64,000 bases of DNA from Octopus bimaculoides (lineage: Eukaryota): contig NC_068988.1 of assembly GCF_001194135.2 (NCBI RefSeq), positions 31,287,076 to 31,351,075 on the forward strand, read 5' to 3'. The translations under genes were made by a program, and so were the position numbers. Under the pieces are notes generated by a model. It had not been told where the DNA came from and did no database searches. It saw only the letters and a list, made by a program, of their open reading frames with translations. Shown here piece after piece: positions 35,761 to 48,849 of this stretch (the first letter of the stretch is position 1; the number at the start of each line of letters is the position of its first letter).

Positions 35761-38544
35761 GTTAAGGTCGACGCTATTGTGTAGTTACTCTTGTTGCAGC
35801 TGTTGATGATGTGGGTATTGCTTCTATTAATAGTTGTTGATTTTCTTTATGCTGGTGTTGAAATTGTAGTTGTCGATGGCATTATTTGAGTTATTCCTCT
35901 CTATATAATTGTGCAACTATTTATTGTTGCTGCTGTTGTTGATTTTGCCGATGTATTTGTAGATACACTTGTCATCGAAGCTATTAGTCATTATAATAAA
36001 TTCGGTTTATATCTTCGATTTTCTACTTAATTCAGTTATATGCAACCTATCTGAATATATTTTAACGTTTGCATATCTTTATATCTTTTTTACTTCTGTT
36101 TTTATAGAGAAGTTCGTTGGCAGTTATTTTTTTATTTCTCTACACTTCATGTAATTATTATGGTTAAACGCCTAAACTAGGAAGTAAATTTTAAGAGAAA
36201 GACTGTGAAAACCGTCTGTATTATTATATCACTTGCTGGTAATGATCACTGCGCATGGCTGAGCAGTCGATAAGCTAGCTTCCGCTGGTAGCCACTTGGC
36301 TGTGGTATCGATGTGAAACGACTGATTAACACAACACCATATTATAAACAAAGAATCGTTTGAACTGTGCTAACATGTTCAAAGCTCTTCTGTTTCGGTC
36401 TGTTGGTCTATAAGATGAGGTAGTTGGAAAGATAGATATATATAGAGAGTGATATGTAGATAGTTAAATAGATATAAATTAAAAAAAGTATGTATATAAT
36501 TGTATATATGCTTACATATATATGTTTGTATATATATATATATATATATATANNNNNNNNNNTATATATATGTTGGAAGAAGTTGCAACATCACCTACAG
36601 GAACTGAACACCGTCACTGATGGTTCTCTACATGCATGTTCCTCTGATACAATTGTAGGTATTACTGTTCTCTCCAGTCAAATTACTCTTTCTGTATCAT
36701 TGAATCTAAGTCGGAACCTACGTTGATTTTGTATTTCCAAGTGATATCCAGCTTCTGTTCTAGGTGTTTTATAATTAATGTATATCAGCGGGATCTGTGA
36801 ATATTTCACGGAATTAATGATAAAATTATTCGGGCTATTTCTGAAAACTTTATCCAAAAAACCTGAAAACATATCTTGTATTGTGTCTGTATCAAACGAT
36901 AGTCGCTCATGTGGTAATCATTAAAAAGTGAAGGAAATTGGAATACGATAATTACTTAATGGAATTTATATACACAGTCTGGCTAGAATAGAGGACTCAC
37001 TACATGTTTTAACTTTATAAGTATGAGATCGAATATTTCCTACAAAAATACTATTTAATCAGTAAGAAATTAACATCTTTCCAAAATTCTGATTTAATAT
37101 CATAAGAAATGAACATCAAACGGTGCTTACAGAATCAGTACGGACCATACTATGATCCGTTGCCATCCTCTAAGTTCCGAGTGTGGATCTAACCCAGCTC
37201 ATCATTGTTCATTGCAGGGAAGAAGCGCTATCGATATGGTATTCTTCTTCTATGAGACAACTGGTAAACACCAGCCTGTGCACAGTATGATGGCTCCATC
37301 GGTTGTCAAGTAGGACTACCTGCCGGTGCTAACATTATTCCAAATTTATATATCAGCGATGCTCCAGGAGGCATTCATCCAACTCAGTTGAGGATATTTG
37401 CATGTAGATAAGATCTGTGTCACCGAGAAAGGAGTAAATACAAGCGCTTACTATAGACTATAGTTTCAGAGAATAACACAGGAGAGTCAGATTTAATACG
37501 TTATTATTTAGTCCTTCTTTTTATAAATTGAATCCAAGTCAACCAAATTTAGCTGCTCACTTCAATTTTTCAGAAGTTCCAAAAATTTCAAGTATTGAGT
37601 TCGATATAATTGACCTTACCACAAATCGTTATTGGGTACTGTGTCTATGGTAGCAATCATTATTGCATTTACTATCACTCGCTCTTCATTAGATTAAGTT
37701 GCTTACCAACTTTACAAAGACGAAAAAACAAAATTAGGTCGAATTTTGCATGTAGTACCATTGAGACTATTTATCCTATACGCCACTTCTACCGATGAAA
37801 TTGTATTTTCTTTTTATGTTTATATTTAAAGAATACAGATGTTTTATATGGTGGAGATTTTTTTCTTTTATAAACATCGTGGACAGTTAAAGGTATGTAT
37901 GCATTGTATGGATTAATTTATTTTTTGTGGGATAAGAAATGGGAGAAGATTGTATGCAATACATATAATAACATTAATTATATATTCATAAACAAGTTTT
38001 TTTTTTAATATTCAAGCCGTCGGTATAATTAAATATGATTTTAAAATCTCAACATTTTATTTGTTTAGAGCAAAGACGAAACTGGTACTTTCCTGACGTT
38101 TTTGCAGAATGATGATGTCCAAATTTCCATAGTTTGTTGACTTTTGGCATTTGGTTCGAGTAATGTTAAACTGAAATGGTAAACCAGACACGCGTCCATA
38201 CGATCAGACGTTCTTTCTATTCCACAAATAGCAAAGCGCTATTGTGTCAGTAAGTAATTCATACGGTGGAAGTTAATTCATATAATGTATCAATGCCACC
38301 CAAACGTACATGACAAAAGCATATGGATCAGCTCGCAAAAATTATACTCTCACATACACATAAAAATTCCCAAAAGTCACTTACGTTCACAGAGTACAAA
38401 CATCGACACATATACATTACACAATACAGAGACGCATAAATCCTAATGTATAATCTAGACACCTATACTTAAAATTATACGTACGTTCCTGCATATATAC
38501 AAAAACACATATATACATGCCAAATCATATATCTATATCTATTT

Positions 38545-38565
38545 ATGTATGTATATATGCATGTA

Positions 38566-38612
<47 letters not shown>

Positions 38613-38915
38613 GTATGTATTATCTATCAATCAATCTCTCTCTCTCTACATACACACACACACACATATATTTACATATACGTATACATCTAATACGTAC
38701 ACTACACACACACGAACACAGTTATATTAATTACGGATATACATTCTGTAAACACGCAAACAGTGAATCACAACCAAAATACGCTCTAAGAATATTTGTA
38801 TTACATGAATATACATGTATAATCACATGCATACACACACACACACACACGTCCACTCACACACATGCCTACACTCATACAGACAGACACACACACGCAC
38901 ACACATACACACGTA
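38545..38915. repeat. Compound (TG)/(TA)/(CT)/(CA)n field
   Basis: Direct reading. Confidence 0.9.
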
Positions 38916-39958
38916 GATTTTAGTATAGTTTTATACAGAACCGTTAATTCCAAATCAATAATTAACCAAAATTGTTACAGAAAGCATTATCCGTTATCAT
39001 TAGCCAATTTTACCGGAAACCAATTTCGTTGTTGTAGCTGTTGTCGTCATTTTGCTGTTTTTATTGTTGTTATTGCTGGTGTTGGTACTGGTGATGGTGG
39101 TATTTCTCTATATCACTGTTTTGCGGTAAAATTTCGATATTTTTATATTTGTTATATTTTATTATTTTTTAAATTTGTATTCATTATGTTACTATTTATA
39201 ATAGCTGACCAATTGATTATTAAGCATCTCACTCTCTCTCTCTCCTTCTCTCTGTATATCAACATACACAGAATAACAAGCATACACGCACACGTATATA
39301 TTCTACACCCCCCCCTCCAACTTAATAAAGCTCAACGTTTAATGTAATGTATGCAATCCGTACATAATGGCTATACCTATAAATACTTTAACACAAAAAT
39401 TCTTGTAAAAACAGTTAAACGGAAACATATCTACCATTTCATATAGGTATATACACATAAACACTCCGCCTGCTCACTCAACACACATAGTGTTGGTAGC
39501 ATACGACTTCTTTTCCGATGAGAAGAGACAAAATCTCGCGGAAATTTCATGACGGTTATGGTTTTTGAATGAGAATAATAATTCTCTTTCTGGTACATAC
39601 TGTTGCATTTCATTACGCGTTTCCTTGTCTGGTTAAACGGATGTCTGCGTAATTAGAATTATTGAAACATTCTCTAACATTTTTCTTTATACAAGATAAA
39701 TGAATTAATAAAATTATACCGTACAGTTTTGTTTAAAAACAATTCTTTCGATTGCTTTCGATAAATCGCTCATATACCTAACGCTTCAGTATAAAACATC
39801 ATATTTATATCATAGATCTTTTGTTTTAATGTTGTCTGAACGTATTTTCGTCTCATTTATTCATTTCTTTATTCGGAAAATGTTTGTGAAACTAAAATCC
39901 CTAAACTGGCCTTCGTTGCATACATTCTGTTACGAACTACGACTTCCATTTTGTGGTT

Positions 39959-39998
<40 letters not shown>

Positions 39999-40513
39999 AG
40001 GGAGAGAAAGAGGAAGATGGAGGGAGGGGGGGAAGTAAGAGAGGGAGAACGTCATGCAAATTTCTTTGTCTCTTTACAGCTGTTAGCATCTTGAATCACG
40101 TGGTAGCTGGAATTGGATTTTGACGGTATCATTTCTCTTTCATGAGAAAAGGCGTCGCACATTATCAACACCACATTTGTAAGGAAAGCTTATTGGAAAT
40201 TTTTATTCCCTCGAAATTTTGTTAGAACAAGAAAGCTAAGATGACGATGTGATAACCTTAAACACCGAGGCCATGTTTGTAGAATACATTAAATGGACTT
40301 CATGTGATATAACATGATACTTCTAAACATGCGAGCCAACAAAGAATCATATGCTCTGTCGCTGTTGGCGATATAAGTAGCAGCCATATCTTTCTAAAAA
40401 CAAGCGATTTAAAAAGAACAAAAAACAACAAAACAATGAGAAAATAAGGGACATTGTGGTTGATCACGATCTTTTATTTTAAGGCTGACACAAAGCTCAA
40501 CAGCAATAATAAG

Positions 40514-40707
40514 GATTTCAAATTTTTGGCACAAGGTCAATTATTTCGACCTTGGAGTTAAACTGGTACGGATTTCATGCCCCCCCCCACAAAGGGTTGA
40601 AACGTAAATCGACCTCGGTAGCATTTAAACACAAAACATAAAGACGGACGAAACGCCGCTAAGCATTTTGTCCGGCCTACTTACGAATCTGCCAGTTCAA
40701 CTCCTTA
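40514..40707 (-). mobile_element. SINE family A, degraded
   Basis: GATTTCAAATTTTTGGCACAAGG tail and GCCGCTAAGCATTTTGTCC head in reverse orientation. Confidence 0.75.
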
Positions 40708-41309
40708 CTCAGCAGCATTAATAATGCTAAGAAATACGGTGTTATTGCGTACAAAAATCACTCTCAATTTACATCCCATTTTACCAAATGGAAGAACATT
40801 CACAAACAATTGTATAAAAACGTTTTGAATTTTGTTCTCTTTCGTTAATATTGCTGTTATTGCGATTATTACCGGCTCATTGCTCATTGAGTTGAGCAAA
40901 TATTCTAAAGTGTTAAACACAACTACAAAAAAGTATTAAAATTTGTGCAAAGCTGAAAGAGAAATTCTATCTAGAAATAATGACAGATATTAAGATTATG
41001 AAAGGAGAAAGAAATGAGAGATGAGATGCAATAAACGACGAAATGAGGGATAACCTGACGTAGGGTAAGATGATGAAAAGGAAAGTATATGAGAGATAAA
41101 CTCGAATATAATGATTTGTACAGGTGCATGCAGCAAGTTCGATCAATATTTTAGTGACACCTTTGCACTACCTGTTTGACGGTAATTTGTAATGACCCTA
41201 ATGACTTCAGCCGATTTAATTAAATGAAGCACACTAGATAGTTGAATTATACTGATAAGATAGTTGTCTTTACTAAAATATAATATATATAATAGATATA
41301 TCACAAATA

Positions 41310-41710
41310 GATATATTAAGAGCAATTACAAACCTACGAAAGGTAAGAATAAAGCTTTTGGTAAATTTTGTTATTTTATATCTACATTCCCTTACAAAGA
41401 ACCGCCACACTGTAAAATCAAGCCCAATACCAGTCGAAAGGAATCGGATATTATACATGAACTTGAAAACAATAATGAAATTTTAATTAAGGAAGAAGAT
41501 AACGGAAGTGCTATAGTTATTATGGATATTGAACACTACAACAGAGATATACTAATACTATCTATATTACAAGACATTACCCACTACGAAACGGTAAATA
41601 ATTACCAAAAATCAAAGGCAATGATGAAACTGAACACACTTATTAACAGGCATCAAAAACGTTTTACAAACAAAGAATGTGACCACCAAACCTATTTTGA
41701 TTGCAAAGCT
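41310..41710 (+). mobile_element. Penelope-like element, region just upstream of RT
   Basis: KPNTSRKESDIIHELENNNEILIKEEDNGSAIVIMDIEHY resembles the Penelope/Poseidon NLS..E..AL..L..N..I.I..ADKG..VVIMD..Y motif. Confidence 0.75.
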
Positions 41711-41711
41711 G

Positions 41712-42362
41712 GAAGAAGACCATTTTTGCATCAAATCATTACTTGTGATGAGACATGGATACTCTTTGTGAACAAGACATGATTTGATGGATGCAGGAGA
41801 GTCACCTGAACACTACGCAAACTCACCATTGCACCTTAAAAAGTTAGTGGTCACTGTATGGTCGTCTGCGAAGTGAGTAATGCATTATTCATTTTGCAAC
41901 AAGGAAGAACGGTAACAGCAACATCGTATTGCCAGGAAATTGATTGTATGCATGAGAATTTGAAAAAGAAGGAACCCAGACTAGTGAATAGGGATGACCC
42001 AATATTGCTTCACTACAATGCACGTCCTCAAGCTGTGGTTTAAAAGTTGCAAAGCCTGTATTATGAGATTTTGAAATATCCTCCCTATTCCCCTGATGTC
42101 TCTTCTACTGATCATCACGTATTTAAGCATTTTGAGCTTTGCATAAGCAATAAGACATTCTTAAATAGTGAAGAAATAATTGAAGCATTCGGACAGTTAA
42201 TCACAGCAAAATATGATTTTTTTTTTAAGATAGAATATATGACATAGAGGAACGTTGGGTAAACGTCATAAATGAACGTGGATCATACTTTGATTAAATA
42301 AATCAGTTCTCTAACACTTCTGAGACCTTTCAAATACGACATTTCATGTTAAACAACATAAT
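41712..42362 (+). mobile_element. Mariner 3' half (catalytic region and TIR-like end)
   Basis: FLHQIITCDETWIL, LHLKKLVVTVW, ILLHYNARP, PPYSPDVSSTDHHVFKH; ends ...CATGTTAAACAACATAA|TA. Confidence 0.9.
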
Positions 42363-42379
42363 ATATACATACATACACA

Positions 42380-42424
<45 letters not shown>

Positions 42425-42600
42425 ACACACATACACCCACACACATACATACATATATATTTACTCATGCTGGCAAACACACAAGTGTATGTGTATGTAC
42501 CGTCCAGCTGGAGTGGGGGAACACATACGCCATAGAAACCGGGAAACCGGGTCAATGATTCTGGCTAGGCTTTAAAAAGGGTGCATAATAAATAAAAAAA

Positions 42601-42818
42601 TATGTGTGTCTTTGTGTCTGTGTTTGTCCCACAATCACCACTTGACAACTGGTGTTGGTGTTTTTACATCCCCGTAACTTATATGCTCGTCGAAAGATAC
42701 CGATAGAATAAGTACTAGGCTCAAAAAAGAAGTTCTGGGGTTGATTTATTCGACTAAAATCCTTCAAGGCGGCGCTCCAACATGGCTTCAGTCGAATGAC
42801 TGAACCATGTGAAAGAAT
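42601..42818 (+). mobile_element. SINE family C 3' half
   Basis: CTTGACAAC, GATAGAATAAGTACTAGGCT, GGCGGCGCTCCAACATGGC, GAATGACTGAA match 13180-13375. Confidence 0.85.
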
Positions 42819-43139
42819 ATATGAATAGTTTCAGCAGGAACGATTAAAAGCATATTCAGATATATATAAGCAGTGGATCAGCTTACCAATCTTTACCACT
42901 GGACATTGACACTAAAGAAGAAACAGACCCTATACAAACCGAACATACACACACCCACGTGTGTCCGCACGCATACACACACACGCGCACAGCACCCGTA
43001 CATACACATTTACACGCATACGCACTCACATGTTTGTGTGAGAATATGTGTGTATGTGTGATATATTTAAAAGATTCCATATTAACCATAGAAAGATGCT
43101 TTCGGCTCATACACATTTACAAACACATATTACAAATGT

Positions 43140-43265
<126 letters not shown>

Positions 43266-44126
43266 CTATGCATTCACAACTCAATCATATGTTTGTTGCG
43301 AAGCTATGTTGTATACGTCACATGCTTACAAAAGCATTGTTTAATCTTATTCCCAAACTGCACTGTATTGTAGTTGAAGATATATATATATACAAAAGGA
43401 AATGGAGAGACGTGTTAACGTTGGCCTGTGGAATATGATATATTAAAGAGCGTTCTTTTATACGAAAGCAAATGTTTTCTCTTTTAATGATAACCACATC
43501 TGGTTATTAACTGTTTAGCATAAAAGCATAGGAAATAGTTTTCCGTCTTCGAATACTCTCATGCTCTCTATGCCACTGTATTTCTCTGTCTCTGTCTCTC
43601 TGTCTGTCTTTCTTTTTCTATGTCTCTCTCTGTCCCTCTCTCTCTCTCCCTATCTCTACACGTACACACACGCGCGCGCACACACCCAAAAGCATACTCA
43701 CGCACACCCACGCCCACACATCCACCTTTCAGTACCAACGCACTCACCCACATACACACACACATACAAACACGCACAAAACACCCCCACACACAGACAC
43801 ACACATAGACACACACAAGAACGAATATATACATGATTAGTTTGAAGCGTTTCTGTAAAAGAAAGAACTCAATACATTTCTTCGGGTGAAAATTTCATAT
43901 TGAAATTATAAAGAATGATTTCATACAGCCACCAAAGGATTCTCTCCGTTTATTTTCCCCTGTATTTATTCAAACTTATAATTTCTCACCAATATGACAC
44001 ACACGCAAAAATACAAAGGAATGCATACGCATGCAAGACACATATTCGCAGACAAGAACTAAATACCTACCATTAGAAGCTCCCCACCACCCAAAAACGC
44101 TGAAACCATTACATTCATAGTATATA

Positions 44127-44571
44127 GAGGTCATCATCGACTTACGACTACTATTGGTTCCGATTGACTGGTCGTAAGTCGGCCTATAGGCCTACATAGC
44201 TTTGTTTTATATTTTTACATTCTTCAGGTACAATCTAAGGTAAAAGTCACATACAGCATTCTGTATTATACTGTTATACAGGCGTTAGTAAAAAAAAAAT
44301 TGGGAGTCTCAAGCAGTCGTCTTATAAACAAATACGAGTTTGCCTCGATGTCTCCGCAACAGGATAGTCATCCAATACAGTAGCGATCGATAACCAAACC
44401 TTGGGGAAGCGTTTGTTAGCTGACATTATCTGTAGACGGGTTAACTTCTAAGAAATTAAACTCATGCGATTTCAACCTGACTATTTATTATTGCTGCCGA
44501 GAACTGGCGCGCCAATCGTCGTAAAATCGATCGCTCATAAGCCGAATAGATCGTAAGTCGACGACGACCTG
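44127..44571. mobile_element. Tigger/pogo-like MITE with TA TSD
   Basis: TA|GAGGTCATCATCGACTTACGA ... TCGTAAGTCGACGACGACCTG|TA imperfect TIR (18 of 21 match); extra subterminal GTCGTAAGTCG inverted motif. Confidence 0.85.
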
Positions 44572-44679
44572 TATATCAATAATTGAAATCAATCATTTAT
44601 AAATAAGGCGTAAACACTACTTAACTTACTTCTCACTTGACTGGTCATTAACAATTTGGATATGCATATATGTATATTA

Positions 44680-44807
44680 CTGATGCTTCCCACTCACATG
44701 GTTCTGGGTTCAGCCCCAATGCAGGGTATCTTGGGAAAATATATTCTACAATAGCCCGGCCAAAGTGTTGTGAGTGGATTAGGTAGGCAGAACTGAAAGC
44801 CCGTATA
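44680..44807 (+). mobile_element. SINE family C 5' half running into a gap
   Basis: CACATGGTTCTGGGTTCAGCCCC...CCAAAGTGTTGTGAGTGGATT..GAACTGAAAGCCCGT. Confidence 0.8.
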
Positions 44808-44980
44808 NNNNNNNNNNNNNNNNNNNNNNNNNNNNNNNNNNNNNNNNNNNNNNNNNNNNNNNNNNNNNNNNNNNNNNNNNNNNNNNNNNNNNNNNNNNNN
44901 NNNNNNNNNNNNNNNNNNNNNNNNNNNNNNNNNNNNNNNNNNNNNNNNNNNNNNNNNNNNNNNNNNNNNNNNNNNNNNNN
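44808..44980. other. Assembly gap
   Basis: N run. Confidence 1.
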
Positions 44981-46591
44981 ACGGTGAAAGGAGAGAAGAA
45001 TAGGAAAAGGATGGGAGAGAAAAACAGAAAGGATGAAGAACAAGAGAGGGAGAGAGATAGACAGAGAAGAATCAATAGAAGAGTGCGCATCGTAATTATT
45101 AAGATAAAACTTACTTTGAAAAGGATGCGTGGCGTTCGATCATATAATAATATAAATAATATATAATTATATGCATATATCCATACATATATGTACATAC
45201 CTACATATATATGTATATATATATGTATATAATGTTGGTTTGCAACTAATGAAACACGCATCTTGAGATATGTGCTAAAGTATATAGACCATCACTTTCA
45301 CCCTCTCTAATGTAACAATAGACTTCTAACAATGATGATGTTTTAATATGTCGCATAGAACTTTTCACGATTTTGAGTAACATGTATTTTGCTTCTTTCA
45401 GTCGCTTCAAAGATCACCTGCGAGAGTTGCGCTAAGCTAACGGAGTTAAATAAGGCCCAGGCGAAACCTTGAATGTGAGACCTTGGACCGCTCACGCGAC
45501 GTACTCACTAGCATTTCGAGACATACGTTCACATGCGCACATCACTATACATATGTTTGATGATATTATGCGCCGCATAATCAACCTAGTGATATTCACA
45601 ACGTTCTTAACACACAGACACTCACACACACAGACACACTTGTATACACGCATATATATAGTGTATGTGTATATATACATATATACATGCATATATATAT
45701 NNNNNNNNNNTATATATAGTGTGTGTGTGTGTAAACTAAATGAAAATGAAAATGTACAACTCGCAATAATTATTGAAACTGTTATATATATTAAATAACA
45801 AATAATTGTTATATAGATACATTAATATTTCCACATTCAACACCAACAGGTTTATGCTCTTAAGAGCTATTCAAAGAAAACGAGGACTATATTTTTAAGT
45901 TTATTTTAAAATGAATTTGAGTTTGCGGCTATTTTCTTTCGATAACAAGGCATATTATTTCAGCGATTATCAAATCAAACGTTTAAATGTGGCTTATTGT
46001 TCTTTATATATTGTTTTATTGGTTTATTCGTTGTTGTTCTGTGTTTGAACCTAAGCATTTCTAACTTTGAAAGACTTTGAAATACTTTAACACTCGGTAG
46101 CTCCATTCCTGCACCATATGGCCATTGAACAGAATATTTCGCATATCCACAAGATCTTATCACAGAAATTAACGTTTCAGGCTTATCTGTAGAACTCTCG
46201 TATTTCAAAAGTTTGTCCATCCTTAAAATTGAAATCAGAGTATTCTCTCAAATACGAGCGTGTAGCACAATTTGGTATACCGCACTTTGTAACAATGAAG
46301 ATGAAAATTTGTTTAAAAAACATTTTGCTCTCGGTAGTATATTTTTCAATGCCTAGCGCTGTCTGTTGCTTTTCACGCCTTTTTGGCTTTAAAGAACTTG
46401 TTTCGGTTTTTGACATTCATAAGAGTAGTCAAATTATACTTTATCAAATAATTCAGTACATGTGAACGTAGTGACTATATATTTTATTAACAACAATATC
46501 CTACGCGCACTTAGTTTACACACGTCCCATTAGTTGAAATCTATGCGTAGTGCATTACAGCATGAATATCGATGGTGGCCAACAAGAAAAT

Positions 46592-46630
<39 letters not shown>

Positions 46631-46739
46631 NNNNNNNNNNNNNNNNNNNNNNNNNNNNNNNNNNNNNNNNNNNNNNNNNNNNNNNNNNNNNNNNNNNNNN
46701 NNNNNNNNNNNNNNNNNNNNNNNNNNNNNNNNNNNNNNN
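46631..46739. other. Assembly gap inside (TA)n
   Basis: N run flanked by TA repeats. Confidence 1.
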
Positions 46740-46779
<40 letters not shown>

Positions 46780-47498
46780 ACTACTTAAAAAACTGTATAT
46801 TTGTATATACACCATATAATGGAACTTCTAAAAGCACATTCTTTAGTTATTTCAGAACATTGAATATGGGAAATCCTTTTACCATCGCATTTATTTGGAC
46901 CATTCCGTATAAATGGTGAAGTAGATGGGAAGGCAATATACGATTAGGTTTTTGCTTGCACATGTATATCTGTTAATATTGCAATGGCTAACGTCTATTT
47001 TATATAACCAACTTTATAGGTATCACTTATCTTTCTCTTTTACCCATCAGCTATAGATATTTGTTATTCATTACACAAAACTCATTTATTCTGTTTAATA
47101 TCCATGTGTTGTTTAGTGTTCTGTTCCTTCTAGAAAACACTGATAGGCTGTTTTTCTTTTTGGCCTTGTTCTTTATACTTTTGTTCCTCCTAAATTCATT
47201 AACGATAGATTTTTCCAAGTGTCCATAACTTGATCCACTAGACACATAACTGTTTCTCTTAATACACAGTTCGCATCGTGCGTGGATCATAATGCTGCTG
47301 CGGATATGCATTTATATTGCTCTCATTAGTGCATTTCTAAATATGTCAAAATTATTTAAAACCCTTTGAAACTTTAATCTTCAGAGTTTAGTATTTTGCT
47401 TTTTCTGAATTTTCCGACATTCTTTCATAATTATGTAATAATTTATTTTCATAGCTTAACAAAAAAGCTCTCCGTAATTCATTATATTTACTGTATTA

Positions 47499-47548
<50 letters not shown>
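47499..47548. repeat. (TATC)n
   Basis: Direct reading. Confidence 0.98.
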
Positions 47549-47549
<1 letters not shown>

Positions 47550-47550
47550 A

Positions 47551-47832
47551 ACTGGCAAAAACTTACACTCTATCGGTTATGACGACGTGAGTTCCAGTAG
47601 ATCCGATCAACGGAACAACATCCCACTCGTGAAATTAACGCGCAAGTAGCTGCGCACTCCACAGGCACGTATTCACGTATCATGGTTTTCAGGGGGATTC
47701 ACAGCGTGACACAGAATGTGACAACGCTAGCCCTTTCAAATAATGGTACTACTCATTTTTGCCAGCTGAGTGGACTGGAGTAACGTGAAATAAAATGTCT
47801 TGTTCAAGGACACAAAGCACCGCCGGGAATTG
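47551..47832 (-). mobile_element. SINE family E (CORE-like), head truncated
   Basis: Minus strand reads GTGTCCTTGAACAAGACATTTTATTTCACGTTACTCCAGTCCACTCAGCTGGC (CORE-like); 3' part matches 2570-2656, with a faint copy at ~58705-58800. Confidence 0.75.
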
Positions 47833-48048
47833 ACAATGGTCGAGTGTGGGTCTGGGGACTCTGCGATCGAGAATCTGATATGAAAAGATTGCTGCCAACA
47901 ATGAAACAAGACAGCTATTCTGTGATGGTCTGGGGAGTAATTTGGAGCAATGGTTGATCAGAGCTGGTGGAGTGTGATGGAAACATTAACTCAGATAAGT
48001 ATGTGTCCATATTGCAGAAAGGAATCCTTCCAATTTTCCCCAATGTTG
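47832..48048 (+). mobile_element. Tc1 transposase catalytic-domain fragment
   Basis: [58 protein letters not shown], truncated by the gap. Confidence 0.88.
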
Positions 48049-48444
48049 NNNNNNNNNNNNNNNNNNNNNNNNNNNNNNNNNNNNNNNNNNNNNNNNNNNN
48101 NNNNNNNNNNNNNNNNNNNNNNNNNNNNNNNNNNNNNNNNNNNNNNNNNNNNNNNNNNNNNNNNNNNNNNNNNNNNNNNNNNNNNNNNNNNNNNNNNNNN
48201 NNNNNNNNNNNNNNNNNNNNNNNNNNNNNNNNNNNNNNNNNNNNNNNNNNNNNNNNNNNNNNNNNNNNNNNNNNNNNNNNNNNNNNNNNNNNNNNNNNNN
48301 NNNNNNNNNNNNNNNNNNNNNNNNNNNNNNNNNNNNNNNNNNNNNNNNNNNNNNNNNNNNNNNNNNNNNNNNNNNNNNNNNNNNNNNNNNNNNNNNNNNN
48401 NNNNNNNNNNNNNNNNNNNNNNNNNNNNNNNNNNNNNNNNNNNN
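48049..48444. other. Assembly gap
   Basis: N run. Confidence 1.
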
Positions 48445-48481
<37 letters not shown>

Positions 48482-48849
48482 CTTCATCGAAATAGAAATC
48501 ACATCAAGAAGATATCTTTTTTCTATAAATATAAGTAGCCTTGTGGAACTTACTAGATTATAATGTAACAACATCAATTTTTAATTGTAATTCTTTATAT
48601 ATTTAAATTGATACCTAAATATTTCAGCCCTTTGCTTAATTATAAAATCTACTCGTTTAAAAAAAAAAAAAAATTCATAATCTTACTTCTTGGCATTCTC
48701 ATACCAAATCCAGATCTTGAAACTTCTGCGCAACAATCAACACTTGCTTTTGTTGAAATAGTAGCCAAATTCTTTTGAAATCACGTTAAAGGAATTTCAA
48801 ATTTCTTTAAATGAATGAATACATTATTTAATTTTTCAACATTTCTCAT

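Noticed and set aside
37130-37450. GC-richer block with splice-like signals on both strands
   Set aside because: No frame stays open between plausible acceptor and donor pairs, and no protein motif was recognised.
38108-38249. Exon between TTTTTGCAG and GTAAGT
   Set aside because: All three frames stop within about 35 nt of the acceptor.
46183-46416. THAP domain (KCGIPNC)
   Set aside because: The downstream Trp and CxxHF motifs needed for THAP are absent.
47051-47311. 86-aa ORF with RCELCIK, reminiscent of a Penelope C-terminus
   Set aside because: A single short motif with no supporting neighbours.
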